DNA from: Coleofasciculus sp. B1-GNL1-01
Lineage (GTDB): Bacteria; Cyanobacteriota; Cyanobacteriia; Cyanobacteriales; Coleofasciculaceae
Reading direction: 5' to 3' (one strand)
Length of the DNA stretch: 64,000 nucleotides
NCBI GenBank assembly: GCA_040220235.1
Contig: JAVJTO010000077.1
Shown here: positions 51,693 through 61,998 of the stretch, piece by piece
Layout: the number at the start of each line of letters is the position of its first letter
Numbering within the stretch: position 1 is the first letter of the stretch
Made by a program: the position numbers and the translations under genes
The notes under the pieces: model-generated
Told to the model about the DNA's origin: nothing
Databases searched by the model: none
What the model saw: the letters and a program-made list of their open reading frames with translations, nothing else

Positions 51693-53606
51693 GTGAATCA
51701 ACATCACCTAAGATTTTGGGGGAAAATAGGTCTATTGTGCCTAATTGCTGGTGCTATTCCTTGGGATGCCAATCCTGCTATTGCCCAGACAACTGAGTTA
51801 GAATCTACGATTCCAGAGGAAGCTACTCATCCGATTAATACTCTCCACGTTGGACTTAGCGATCGCACGCCTCTATCCGCGACACCTCTGAATCAGGCTG
51901 GGACAACCGATCAACCGACTCATTTACAAATAGCACAAGAGGTAGAGGATAATAACGCCCCAGTTACCTCTGTCTCAGATATGTTAGAACGCCTCGATTC
52001 AGAGTCATCCCCGATGGGACAAGTTACCTCAGTCTCCCAACTCTCCGATGTCTCTCCCGGAGACTGGGCGTATGAAGCCCTGAGAAGCTTAGTTGAACGG
52101 TATGGTTGCATTGCGGGTTATCCTGATGGCACGTTTCGGGGGAACCGCGCCCTGACTCGCTACGAGTTTGCGGCTGGGTTAAATGCTTGTTTGCAACAAA
52201 TTGAACGGTTAATTGTGGGGACAGGAGTTGATGACAGTGAGTTAGTCACATTACGGCGACTGATTGAGGAATTTGAAGCTGAACTCGCTACCCTGGGCGC
52301 AAGAGTTGATAATTTAGAAGGACGAGTCGCCTTTTTAGAAGATAACCAGTTTTCTACAACCACCAAATTAAATGGTGAAGTCATTTTCTCACTCATTGGT
52401 GCAACCAGTGATGAGGAAGATGCCAATATTATTCTGGCTGACCGAGTGCGCTTGAATCTGAATACCAGTTTTACGGGTCAAGATTTACTGATTACGGGGT
52501 TACAAGCGTATAACTTTGGTGGCGATATCACCGGGGCGGGTAGCGTTCAAGGGGCATTATTTCCTGGACGAGATGCTTTTTTAAGTGAAGGGTCAACAAA
52601 ACTCAGTGTTGAACCCCAGTTTCCGGAATTTAACCCCCAAGACTTGAGCGAGAGTGCGGGGTCTAATGATGTTGAACTCTACAAACTCCTCTATATTTTC
52701 CCATCTGGCATCAACAATTTAACCCTATTTGCTGGAACAGCCGCAGAAGCCTCCGATGCATTTCCCGCCATTATTCCTTTTTCCAGTGAAGGACAAGGGG
52801 CGATTTCGCGATTTGCCACATTAAATCCGGTTGTACGAGTGTCTGGGGGAACCTCGCAAACGGGTTTAGCCTCAGCTGCGGGGTTTATTTGGGGTATTTC
52901 CGATGCAATTGATCTGCGGGCGTTATACGGTAGCGTCAATGCGGCGATTCCGGAACAAGGGGACAATAATATCTTGGGGTCAGGGTTCTTTGGAGGGAGT
53001 ACCGTCGCCTCAGCCCAGCTTACGGTTAAACCCAGTTCTCAATTTGATATTGGTCTGAACTATGCTTATAGTTACCATGACCTGAATATTATGGGTCTAG
53101 GATTAACTCGATTCTCCTCCAATCCACTGAATATTCCTGGACGCACGGTTGATGATGAGGGTAATCCTATCGTTGGCGGGATATTAGATACACCCGTTCA
53201 CGTTAATTCCTTAGGTGCGACTGTAACCTGGCGTATTTCTCCGAAAATTTCGCTGACGGGTTACGGTGCTTATTTCTTTGTTGATGCTGTCGCTGGTGCA
53301 GATGCATCATCTGATTTCACGACTTGGATGGCGGGGTTACATTTCCAAGATTTATTTAAAGAAGGAAATACGGCGGGTCTAATTTTTGGACAACCGTTGC
53401 ATCGGGTAGAAGCAGATGGCGAAGCCGATTTGACAGAACCGGGTGTTGACCGAGAAACCCCCTACCATCTAGAGGCGTTTTACAACTTTAAGGTTAGTGA
53501 TAACGTCAGTATTACACCAGGAGCATTTGTTCTGTTTAACCCAGAAAGCGATGGGAATAACGATACCGCTTTAGTCGGTGTACTGCGAACTACATTTACC
53601 TTCTAG
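51693..53606 (+). CDS. Cyanobacterial SLH-OprB outer membrane porin
   Basis: QVTSVSQLSDV.P.DWAY, SLH domain, QFSTTTKL and terminal LRTTFTF. GTG start with a GAGGA SD. Confidence 0.93.
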   Translation: MNQHHLRFWGKIGLLCLIAGAIPWDANPAIAQTTELESTIPEEATHPINTLHVGLSDRTPLSATPLNQAGTTDQPTHLQIAQEVEDNNAPVTSVSDMLERLDSESSPMGQVTSVSQLSDVSPGDWAYEALRSLVERYGCIAGYPDGTFRGNRALTRYEFAAGLNACLQQIERLIVGTGVDDSELVTLRRLIEEFEAELATLGARVDNLEGRVAFLEDNQFSTTTKLNGEVIFSLIGATSDEEDANIILADRVRLNLNTSFTGQDLLITGLQAYNFGGDITGAGSVQGALFPGRDAFLSEGSTKLSVEPQFPEFNPQDLSESAGSNDVELYKLLYIFPSGINNLTLFAGTAAEASDAFPAIIPFSSEGQGAISRFATLNPVVRVSGGTSQTGLASAAGFIWGISDAIDLRALYGSVNAAIPEQGDNNILGSGFFGGSTVASAQLTVKPSSQFDIGLNYAYSYHDLNIMGLGLTRFSSNPLNIPGRTVDDEGNPIVGGILDTPVHVNSLGATVTWRISPKISLTGYGAYFFVDAVAGADASSDFTTWMAGLHFQDLFKEGNTAGLIFGQPLHRVEADGEADLTEPGVDRETPYHLEAFYNFKVSDNVSITPGAFVLFNPESDGNNDTALVGVLRTTFTF

Positions 53607-53721
53607 TCGTTGACCCAACCTTGGGTTTCAACCCATAGCTACAATGCAACTACGAACTCCTCAAAAGAACAAGGACACGGCATTGCCGTGTCCCTACGAT
53701 ATCACTGATGTTCTAGATTAA

Positions 53722-54780
53722 TTACGCGATCGCCATAGCGGGTTCGTGCCAACGCCCAACGGCTTTACCAATCACTGCCATTTCTTGGACTAAGCTATCA
53801 AAGCTATCCGGTGTCAGGGATTGGGGTCCATCGGATAACGCTTTAGCTGGATTAGGATGAACTTCAATCATCAACGAATCCGTTCCGGCTGCGATCGCGG
53901 CTTTTGCCATTGAGGGTACATACTCAAACCAACCCGTACCGTGGCTGGGATCAATCATGATCGGCAAATGGGTGAGCGATCGCAATACAGGTAAAACCGA
54001 TAGATCCAGTGTATTCCGGGCATATTTCCGGTCAAACCCCCGGACACCCCGTTCACACAGAATCACATTGGGATTTCCCCCCGCTAATACATACTCCGCC
54101 GCCATTAACCATTCATCAATGGTTGCCGACATTCCCCGCTTCAACAACACTGGTTTATCCTGTGCGCCTACTTTTTTCAACAGGGAGAAATTCTGCATAT
54201 TGCGGGCACCGACTTGCAGTACATCGGCTACTTCGGCAATTTTCTCCACATCGGCTGTATCCATGACTTCGGTAATGATCCCCAAACCCGAAGCCTCCCG
54301 TGCGGCGGCGAGTAAGCCTAAGGCACTTTCTCCATGACCTTGAAAGGAATAGGGCGACGTCCGAGGCTTATAAGCACCTCCCCGCAAAAATTTAGCGCCC
54401 GCCGCTTTTACCCGACGCGCCGTTTCCACAATCATCTCTTCGTTTTCTACCGAACAGGGACCGGCTACCAGCACCACTGGATGATGTTCCCCAAAGTAAA
54501 CAGGTCCATCGGGTGTTGATACCACAACCTCGCCAGCTTCCCAGTTACGATACTCACGGCTTGCTCGTTTAAAGGGTTTCTCAACCCGCAGCACTTCTTC
54601 TATCCAGGGGCTAATTTCCTGAATTTGCAGCGGATCTAAAGCCGCCGTTTCACCGACTAGACCGATAACAACCTTGTGTTTACCCACAATCGGTTCTGGT
54701 GTTAGACCCTGTTCGCTGAGTTCCTGACTAATGCGATCGATTTCGGCTTCTGGAGAGCCGACTTTCATGACTACAATCAT
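53722..54780 (-). CDS. aroF: 3-deoxy-7-phosphoheptulonate (DAHP) synthase, type I-beta
   Basis: AGPCSVE, RGGAYKPRTSPY and DPSHG motifs. Confidence 0.96.
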   Translation of the reverse strand: MIVVMKVGSPEAEIDRISQELSEQGLTPEPIVGKHKVVIGLVGETAALDPLQIQEISPWIEEVLRVEKPFKRASREYRNWEAGEVVVSTPDGPVYFGEHHPVVLVAGPCSVENEEMIVETARRVKAAGAKFLRGGAYKPRTSPYSFQGHGESALGLLAAAREASGLGIITEVMDTADVEKIAEVADVLQVGARNMQNFSLLKKVGAQDKPVLLKRGMSATIDEWLMAAEYVLAGGNPNVILCERGVRGFDRKYARNTLDLSVLPVLRSLTHLPIMIDPSHGTGWFEYVPSMAKAAIAAGTDSLMIEVHPNPAKALSDGPQSLTPDSFDSLVQEMAVIGKAVGRWHEPAMAIA

Positions 54781-54926
54781 AAGTTTTAAGGTTTAAGTTT
54801 TCAATTGAAGAAGAGGACAAGTTTTGACCCTTCGCTTCGCTAGTCGGGTATGGCGGATGAGTTTTGAGGTTTGACCCTCTGCTCCTCTGATCGCCCTGCT
54901 CCCTCTGCTTCCTAGCAATGAAAGAG

Positions 54927-55403
54927 CTAACTTTTTTTAGCCTCTCTCGCCTCACGCCATGCTGATGTGAGTCGTCCTAGATTGGTTGTGAATTCCTGCC
55001 AACCCAGTAACGTTCCTGGACTGTCTTCCTCCCAGGATGCTGAAAGAACACCATAGGTTAATCCCAAAACGCCTAAGCCAAAACATCCCATACTCACCAG
55101 CACCACGGCGACATTGGGTAACTCGACCTCTAGATTGACCACCAGAAGATAGCTAACCACAAAGGAAAGCATTCCCAACGCTGTCGGAATACCGCAAAGT
55201 AATGCCATACGCCGCACCATACGCTTACTCACCTGATCAGGAATAGTCATCGACTCAGGAGTAGAAGCCTTTGGTTGATCCGGTTTGGCTGGGGATTTCG
55301 CCTTAGCTTTATTCGCTACAGGTTTAGCCTGTGATTTCGACTTTTTTTTTCGCTTTTGGTTCGGCTCAAAAGGTAAAGGGTTGCGGGAGGGTTCGTCAGA
55401 CAT
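54927..55403 (-). CDS. PAM68 family photosystem II assembly factor
   Basis: IP..VS.RM.RRM...CGIP and YGVLSASW motifs, downstream of rpsO. Confidence 0.9.
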   Translation of the reverse strand: MSDEPSRNPLPFEPNQKRKKKSKSQAKPVANKAKAKSPAKPDQPKASTPESMTIPDQVSKRMVRRMALLCGIPTALGMLSFVVSYLLVVNLEVELPNVAVVLVSMGCFGLGVLGLTYGVLSASWEEDSPGTLLGWQEFTTNLGRLTSAWREAREAKKS

Positions 55404-55419
55404 AAGCTTTAGTCGGTGT

Positions 55420-55689
55420 TTATCCGCGAATACCTAAGCGCTTAATCAAGGCTTGGTAATGTTCAGGATTGCCTTGACGCACATAACTGAGTAAACGTTT
55501 GCGCTGACCAATCATCTTTAAGAGTCCCCGACGGGAGGCATGATCCTTTTTATTGGCTTGCAGATGTTTACTCAAGCGACTAATGCGATCGCTGAGCATG
55601 GCGATTTGCACATCTGCCGAACCTGTATCGGTGTCGTGAATCTGATAGCTGTCAATAATTTCTTGTTTGCGTTCTTGGGTTAAAGCCAT
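55420..55689 (-). CDS. rpsO: 30S ribosomal protein S15
   Basis: DTGSADVQIA and KDHASRRGLLK motifs, 89 aa. Confidence 0.98.
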   Translation of the reverse strand: MALTQERKQEIIDSYQIHDTDTGSADVQIAMLSDRISRLSKHLQANKKDHASRRGLLKMIGQRKRLLSYVRQGNPEHYQALIKRLGIRG

Positions 55690-55788
55690 GGATAAATGTT
55701 CATTGGTATAATCCAGCAGTTTTTGATCATATCATTTTTCATGATTCATGGTATTCGCTCGTCGAGACGCCAGCTAGATGGTTCATAA

Positions 55789-56220
55789 TTAACGGCTTGA
55801 GCGACGAGTGTCCAGCCACTGCTGGAGTATAATAGCTGCGGCTTTGCGGTCGATCAGAGCTTTATGGCGAGAGGGCGATCGCTTCTCAGCATGAAGTAAC
55901 TGTTCGGCTTCAAAAGACGTTAACCGCTCATCCACATATTCTACGGGTAATTGTAGGGCAGCGCTCAAGCGACGGGCATATTTTTGTACCTGTCGCGCCT
56001 GGAATCCCAGCGTCCCGTTCATCGAATAGGGTAATCCAACCACCAGAATTTGAACTTCGCGTTGTTCGACGAGTTCTCGAAACTGGGATACATCCTGCTC
56101 AAAAGATGTCCGCTTGATTGTGGTTAAACCTGTAGCAATTAAGCCAGTACCATCGCATCCGGCGACACCAATTCGCTTACTGCCAACATCCAAGCCCAAG
56201 GCTGAGATTTTCTGCATCAC
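55789..56220 (-). CDS. ruvX: YqgF/RuvX-family nuclease
   Basis: LGLDVG.KRIGVA, VGLP, DERLTS and ID..AA..ILQ motifs. Confidence 0.95.
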   Translation of the reverse strand: MMQKISALGLDVGSKRIGVAGCDGTGLIATGLTTIKRTSFEQDVSQFRELVEQREVQILVVGLPYSMNGTLGFQARQVQKYARRLSAALQLPVEYVDERLTSFEAEQLLHAEKRSPSRHKALIDRKAAAIILQQWLDTRRSSR

Positions 56221-56256
56221 ATAAGTAGGTGGACACCATTAAAGTTAAAGGTGGAG

Positions 56257-56312
56257 ATCGTCATTTGTCATTTGTCATTTGTCATTTGTCATTTGTCATT
56301 TGTCATCCGTCA
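56257..56312. repeat. STRR heptamer array (TTTGTCA) x8
   Basis: Tandem units between the GNAT gene and ruvX. Confidence 0.92.
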
Positions 56313-56332
56313 TTCCACAACTCAAACCTCCC

Positions 56333-57565
56333 CTACTCAGCATCTGTCGAGTTGGCTGGCGGTGGAATATCCTTCTGTTTCGATGAAGAATTGGCTCCAT
56401 TTGTTTTAGAAGCGGCGTTAGGTTGTTGGGAGAGGGATTCCCACCAGGACATACGGCTGGGGATGGGAGTACGGGCTGGCTGGAGTCCCTGAAGCACTTC
56501 TGATAACTGTAACCCTTCTAATTTCTTGGCTTCCCGGATTTTATGCCACACTGAACGAGACATAAGCAGAGTATGCTCGATTCTCTGAGCATCTAACTGT
56601 TCCAGGTAGTCTTCTCGTTCCGGTTGATAGTCGGCTGAAGCCAGATGCAAAGACTGGGCAGGATATTGTTGGGTAATCCGCGCCATTTGTGAGAATAACT
56701 CTGGATACAGACAAGTGTAGGCAGGGTGAACAGTGAGCTGGGCTTCGTGCGCTCGACTCCCATCTCGGCAAAGGGTGAGTTGAAAATAACCAATAGCTGC
56801 TTTGCGCTGGGATTCAAACACATAAGCATTGATCACTTCAGTACGATTGAACCACTGCTGTAGCGTCGAGACTAGCGATCGCATAAATCCTGTTTTAAAA
56901 TCCTCGATATGACGGTCAAACACTTGACGCACTAACGGAGGCATGGACGCCGTATCTAGCTGATACAATAGTTGAGCATCAGCATTGCTCACCGGGAGCA
57001 AGTTGGGTAAATCAGGTTCGCGATCGCCTAGTTTAGCTAAGGTTTGCTCAGAAATTGACCAATATGTCAATTGCGCTAGAGGTTGAAATCCATTACGCCG
57101 ATACAGTGCCAGGGTATCTTTATTGTGGATATTGACTTCTAGTAACCAGGTGCGAGCTTCCCAGATAGTCTCGAAGCAATGGCGCAAGAGTGCCGAGCCA
57201 GTTTCAAGTTTGGCGGGTTTATTAATGGATTCAGGAGACGGATCGGGAGCAACTAACACCTGTTCCACGCGCCAAGTACTGCGAGTCCGATTAAAGGGCG
57301 ACACTTTAATTAATCCTCGCAGCCGCTGAAATTGTTCAGCGACATAGAAACAAAAATCATACTGGCAAGGATTCGGAAACCAATTCAAAACCATCAGCAG
57401 CCCATACCAGCGTCGAACTTGCTGAAGTTGGCGAATGAAGGTTAACGAGCAGCTATTACACTCCGTATCTGTGGCTTGAGTCGTAAGCTGCTCAATTCTC
57501 TCCAAATCGCCGTATTGAATGGGGCGAATGACAGTCTTCGCGTTTTCCGGAACAGGTGAAGTCAT
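56333..57565 (-). CDS. GNAT-family N-acetyltransferase (conserved cyanobacterial type)
   Basis: VSPFNRTRSTW and LALYRRNGFQPLA motifs. Start placed at MTSPV because the upstream extension is repeat-derived. Confidence 0.85.
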   Translation of the reverse strand: MTSPVPENAKTVIRPIQYGDLERIEQLTTQATDTECNSCSLTFIRQLQQVRRWYGLLMVLNWFPNPCQYDFCFYVAEQFQRLRGLIKVSPFNRTRSTWRVEQVLVAPDPSPESINKPAKLETGSALLRHCFETIWEARTWLLEVNIHNKDTLALYRRNGFQPLAQLTYWSISEQTLAKLGDREPDLPNLLPVSNADAQLLYQLDTASMPPLVRQVFDRHIEDFKTGFMRSLVSTLQQWFNRTEVINAYVFESQRKAAIGYFQLTLCRDGSRAHEAQLTVHPAYTCLYPELFSQMARITQQYPAQSLHLASADYQPEREDYLEQLDAQRIEHTLLMSRSVWHKIREAKKLEGLQLSEVLQGLQPARTPIPSRMSWWESLSQQPNAASKTNGANSSSKQKDIPPPANSTDAE

Positions 57566-57807
57566 GTTGAGTAAAGATGCTAGGAAGCCAACAGCAGACA
57601 AGACCAAGTTTTTTGCACTGTAGTATACAGCGACAAGATTCAAGTTACTGTCCTGCCAATATATTAACGATTTTCCCTGTCTGTTCATCGGGAACAGGGA
57701 ATAGGGAACAGGGAACAGGGAACAGGAAGCGTTTTGAGTTAACTTCCCCATCTTCCCCATCTCCCCCATCTCCCCCATCTCCCTCATAATCACTAGGGAC
57801 TTTTTTC

Positions 57808-57825
57808 GTAAACATTTGTAAACTA
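57808..57825 (+). promoter_or_regulatory. HLR1-like direct repeat upstream of cruF
   Basis: GTAAACAT-tt-GTAAACTA with 10-nt period. Confidence 0.35.
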
Positions 57826-57941
57826 TAAATCATTGATGCTTGTATACTCGCAAACAACCATTGCCTTGCCGCATCTGAATCGGAATGCTGCGTCTTGCCG
57901 CTAGAACAAGTCTGGGGTTTTCACCATTTTAGGAGTTTTTC

Positions 57942-58868
57942 ATGAACCAACTGATCAAAATTGAGCGCTCTTTGTTGATAGGTCATATCGGGGCTATGGC
58001 ATTTGGACTAGCAGGGCTACTGCTGGTGTTGCCTCACCCCGAATGGATTATGAGTTTACCACCACAGGGACAAACCCTATTTCAATGGTCAATGGCTGGG
58101 GGTGGAGTCGTCTACATTATTTTAGGAGCAGCAGCCGTTGCAATTTATGCCTACCGAACTCTGGGACTGTGGCAATGGTTAACGTTCATGGTTCCTGCTA
58201 TTGTCATTTCCTTGACCAGTGAACTCCTGGGAACGAGTACAGGTTTCCCCTTTGGACATTATGGTTACTTAAGTGGCTTAGGCTATAAAATTGGGGGACT
58301 TGTGCCGTTTACGATTCCCTTATCCTGGTTTTATTTAGGATTGGTGTCTTATCTATTGGCTCGTGTGGGGTTAGAGAGAAGAGTGGCGACGAATCAATCA
58401 CTGAGTTGGTGGCGTCACTTGAGTGCGATCGCGATCGGTGCTGTCTTACTCACCTCCTGGGACTTTGTACTTGATCCCGCCATGAGCCAAGCCTCTGTCC
58501 CCTTCTGGTTATGGGAGCAACCGGGTGCCTTTTTTGGGATGCCGTATCAAAATTTTGCGGGTTGGTTAGGAACAGGTGCTGTCTTTATGGCTGTCGCGGC
58601 TTTATTTTGGCAGAAAACGCCAATGGCATTGTCTAGACGCCAATTGGGATTGCCCTTAGCCGTTTACCTGAGCAACTTTGTCTTTGCGGCTGTGATGAGT
58701 ATCGGTGCCCAAATATGGGTTCCTATTGGCTTAGGGATCGTGTTAGGCGTTATTCCCGCTGTAGTATTGTGGCGGATGGCAACGACTACACCCACATCTA
58801 ACACCCTCGAACAAGGACAACGCGATCGCACTCTAGAGGCGAAAGTGCCTGTGGCATCTATTAAGTAA
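57942..58868 (+). CDS. cruF: Carotenoid 1'-hydroxylase/hydratase CruF
   Basis: SELLGTSTGFPFGHY, VPFTIPLSWF, WDFVLDPAM and GMPYQNF motifs, adjacent to cruG. Confidence 0.9.
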   Translation: MNQLIKIERSLLIGHIGAMAFGLAGLLLVLPHPEWIMSLPPQGQTLFQWSMAGGGVVYIILGAAAVAIYAYRTLGLWQWLTFMVPAIVISLTSELLGTSTGFPFGHYGYLSGLGYKIGGLVPFTIPLSWFYLGLVSYLLARVGLERRVATNQSLSWWRHLSAIAIGAVLLTSWDFVLDPAMSQASVPFWLWEQPGAFFGMPYQNFAGWLGTGAVFMAVAALFWQKTPMALSRRQLGLPLAVYLSNFVFAAVMSIGAQIWVPIGLGIVLGVIPAVVLWRMATTTPTSNTLEQGQRDRTLEAKVPVASIK

Positions 58869-59128
58869 TTTGTCATTCGTCCTTTGTCATTCGTCATTTG
58901 TCCTACTCGCGAAGCGCCAAGCAAGTAAAGTCGGGGCGGGTGTAGGGTGCGTTAGCGTTCGCGAAGCGTTCCCGTTCGCGCAGCGTTCCCGAAGGGTAGG
59001 GTAGCGTAACGCACCATTATCCAACGATAGTAGTGAAACCCGCCCCTACACAATTTCCCCCAGCTTCCCCATATTCCCCTGCTCCCGATAACTGATAACT
59101 GATAACTCCCCCTGCTCTCCTGCGTAGA

Positions 59129-60301
59129 ATGGTAGTTGCCCTAATCCTATTACTGATCCAGATTCCCGCTACTTTAATCCTGCTGTCGCGCCTGCTGAAA
59201 GGTCCAGGGCGTCGTTCTCCCATAGAAGCCAAGTCCCCTACCCCCGATCAGGTGGGGGCGGTTAGTATTGTGGTTCCGACTCTCAATGAACGAGAACGCC
59301 TCAATCCTTGTCTGATGGGATTAAGTCAGCAGAGTTACGAAGTACGCGAAATTATTGTAGTGGATAGTCACTCTACCGATGGCACACGGGAGTTAGTCAA
59401 AGATGCCCAAATCAAAGATCCGCGATTTCGGCTGATGACCGATGACCCATTGCCACCGGATTGGGTAGGACGCCCTTGGGCGTTGCATCAGGGCTATTTG
59501 CACAGTTGTCCCGATAGTCAGTGGATTTTGGGCGTTGATGCGGATACCCAACCGCAACCTGGATTGGTGGCGGGGTTAATTGATATTGCTGAAACTTCAG
59601 GGTTTGACCTGGTATCTCTGTCACCGCGATTTATTCTCAAGTATCCGGGGGAATGGTGGCTACAACCAGCGTTGCTGATGACGTTAGTCTATCGATTTGG
59701 TCCGACTGGGATTACCAGTAATTCCGCCGAACGGGTGATGGCAAATGGGCAGTGTTTTTTGTGTCGCCGACAGGTTTTAAGCCAACTCGATGGGTATAGC
59801 AGTGCCAAGGGTTCATTTTGTGATGATGTGACACTAGCCCGGTATGCCGCTAGCCAGGGATTTAAGGTGGGGTTTTTGGATGGTGCTAATGTGCTGAAAG
59901 TCCGTATGTATGAAGGCGCTTGGGCGACTTGGCAGGAGTGGGGGCGATCGCTAGATTTGAAAGATGCTTCTAGCCCAGGTCAACTCTGGAGTGATGTGTG
60001 GCTACTGTTGAGTACCCAGGCATTGCCTCTACCCGTGTCTTTAGTGGTTCTGGTGAGTTTGAGCTTCGGCATATCTTCACCCGTCCTCATGACTGTCCTA
60101 GGGTTAAATCTAGGGTTATTGGTAATGCGCTGGGCATTAGTGGGCGCGATCGCCCGTTCTTATGATTTCACTCCATCCTCATCCCCCGCCGCTTGGCTAT
60201 TTTGGCTTTCACCTCTGGCTGATCCCTTAGCTGTGCTGCGGATTTTCTTGTCCGCTAGGCAAAGACCAAAACAGTGGCGGGGGCGGATTTATAGCAGTTA
60301 G
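59129..60301 (+). CDS. cruG: Carotenoid 2'-O-glycosyltransferase CruG (GT2)
   Basis: VVPTLNE, DADT, ANGQCF, FCDDV and EWGRSLDLKD motifs, following cruF. Confidence 0.88.
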   Translation: MVVALILLLIQIPATLILLSRLLKGPGRRSPIEAKSPTPDQVGAVSIVVPTLNERERLNPCLMGLSQQSYEVREIIVVDSHSTDGTRELVKDAQIKDPRFRLMTDDPLPPDWVGRPWALHQGYLHSCPDSQWILGVDADTQPQPGLVAGLIDIAETSGFDLVSLSPRFILKYPGEWWLQPALLMTLVYRFGPTGITSNSAERVMANGQCFLCRRQVLSQLDGYSSAKGSFCDDVTLARYAASQGFKVGFLDGANVLKVRMYEGAWATWQEWGRSLDLKDASSPGQLWSDVWLLLSTQALPLPVSLVVLVSLSFGISSPVLMTVLGLNLGLLVMRWALVGAIARSYDFTPSSSPAAWLFWLSPLADPLAVLRIFLSARQRPKQWRGRIYSS

Positions 60302-60514
60302 AGATGGGAAATGGGGGTGCAGAAGGGCAGAGGGGCAGAGAAGACAAGGCTGATGGGGATGCTTCGCTTTTGTTTCATGGGAGAAGGGGAACTGGATTCT
60401 CTTGCTCCCCTCTCCCCGGCGTGGGAGAGGGGCTGGGGGTGAGGGGTTGAGCTTAAGTTGACACGAAAGTCCCCAAACCCGCCCCTACACACTCAACATT
60501 TCCCCAATCCCTAA

Positions 60515-61420
60515 TCACTCTTCATCACCCGACTTAACTTGGTCTACTCGTTCTAATTGCCAGAGAATCTGGTTGCCTTCACGCCGCACTCGCGAGACAA
60601 TCCAGTTGCGCCAGGGCCAATGATCTCCTCGACTGGTAACGGCACTGGCATTGATATCCATTAAATCAGCTAGTTCAGAACTACTAATCAGATAGCCCTC
60701 ACTGGCGATTTCATCAGCAATGCGTAGGGTCTCGATTAAGTTTCCCAGTTGGGCAACTCTAACTTCGCGGGGTAACTCGTCATTGGAATTGTTTGGTGAA
60801 TCCGGTATTTCTATCATGGGTGTTTCTGATGTAGGAAGGCTCGATGGTACATCTTTGTAAACTACATCAAAAGGGGTCTTTTCATCTGATACCCCTGTTA
60901 CGGGTGTCTCCTGGGGTAAGGTGGGAGAGGTGGAATTCTTTACTTCGACCAGTTGTGTTAGTCTAGGGGATTTACCGTTGGCAAAGGCATTGGCAATTTG
61001 ATCACAACGCTCGTTGCCTTGGTTGCCACTGTGTCCCCGTACATACTGCCAAGTGACTAGGGGAGAATTGACCGCATCGAGTTTTTCCCATAAATCTTGA
61101 TTTAAAACGGCTTTTCCCTGAGAGGTTTTCCAGCCTTTCTTTTTCCAGCCCTTAATCCATTTGGTAATGCCGTTCTTGACGTATTCACTATCGGTATAGA
61201 GGGTAATCGGCTGAGTTTGTCCAGATCCCTGAACCAGGATCAGGGCTTCAATCGCGGCTAAGAGTTCCATACGGTTATTGGTGGTTTTTGCCGTAGCCCC
61301 CCCTATTTCATGCACAGAACCATCGGTAAAATACACAACCGTACCCCAGCCACCGGGTCCGGGATTGCCACTACAGGCTCCATCTGTATAAACACTTTTG
61401 ATTTGACGAGTGACAGGCAT
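60515..61420 (-). CDS. rnhA: Ribonuclease HI with C-terminal extension domain
   Basis: YTDGACSGNPGPGG, TTNNRMEL, TDSEY and VRGHSG..GNERCD motifs. Confidence 0.95.
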   Translation of the reverse strand: MPVTRQIKSVYTDGACSGNPGPGGWGTVVYFTDGSVHEIGGATAKTTNNRMELLAAIEALILVQGSGQTQPITLYTDSEYVKNGITKWIKGWKKKGWKTSQGKAVLNQDLWEKLDAVNSPLVTWQYVRGHSGNQGNERCDQIANAFANGKSPRLTQLVEVKNSTSPTLPQETPVTGVSDEKTPFDVVYKDVPSSLPTSETPMIEIPDSPNNSNDELPREVRVAQLGNLIETLRIADEIASEGYLISSSELADLMDINASAVTSRGDHWPWRNWIVSRVRREGNQILWQLERVDQVKSGDEE

Positions 61421-61783
61421 TGTTTTGGTTTATCAATAGACTCCTAACTGGTTGTAGCAGAGTTCGTACCCCATCAGCACGACGGGTGCTTAAGGGGGAG
61501 CTGGGGAAATGTAGAGACGTGCCATGGCACGTCTGGGAGCTGGGGGAGAGAAAGTGATCAAGTCCGTATGACTGTGTAGGGGCGGGTTTTACCCATAACG
61601 TTTCGGATCAAACCAGTACCTGAACTAAACCCGCCCTGGCTGATCCTTCGTTTCGCTCAAGGACATGGTTTTGAGTTACGATCTCAAGTGACTATGATTG
61701 ATAGTACAATTGTTCATCTCATTGGGGAACAGGTGATTGGGAATTGGAGATTGGGATTGGGGAAGTTTTGACCCTTCGCTTTG

Positions 61784-61898
61784 CTAGTACAAGAAGGCAG
61801 AAGTCCGAAGGCAGATGGCAGAAGGCTATAAGGAACATAAGGTAGCTGCTTTTAAGGAGCTTGTTAACTGGTTAGTATTTGAAGCCGCGCTGCACTAG
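61784..61898. mobile_element. MITE family 5, copy B, inserted into another repeat
   Basis: CTAG at both ends. The flanks rejoin to the repeat seen intact at 54819-54863. Confidence 0.8.
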
Positions 61899-61998
61899 TC
61901 GGGCATGGTGCGTGAGTTAACTCCCTCATCTTCCCTATCTCCCTCATCTTCCCTATCTCCCTCATCTTCCCCTTGTCTCCCTTACATCCTGAAGCCTC

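Noticed and set aside
57566..57793. N-terminal extension of the GNAT ORF
   Set aside because: It is translated from 9-mer and 7-mer tandem repeats (EMGEMG, LFPVP), so the true start is more likely 57565.
60969..60979. TnpB guide target in rnhA (11-nt match GATTTACCGTT)
   Set aside because: There is no TTGA(C)-like TAM upstream and the match stops at 11 nt, which is compatible with chance.
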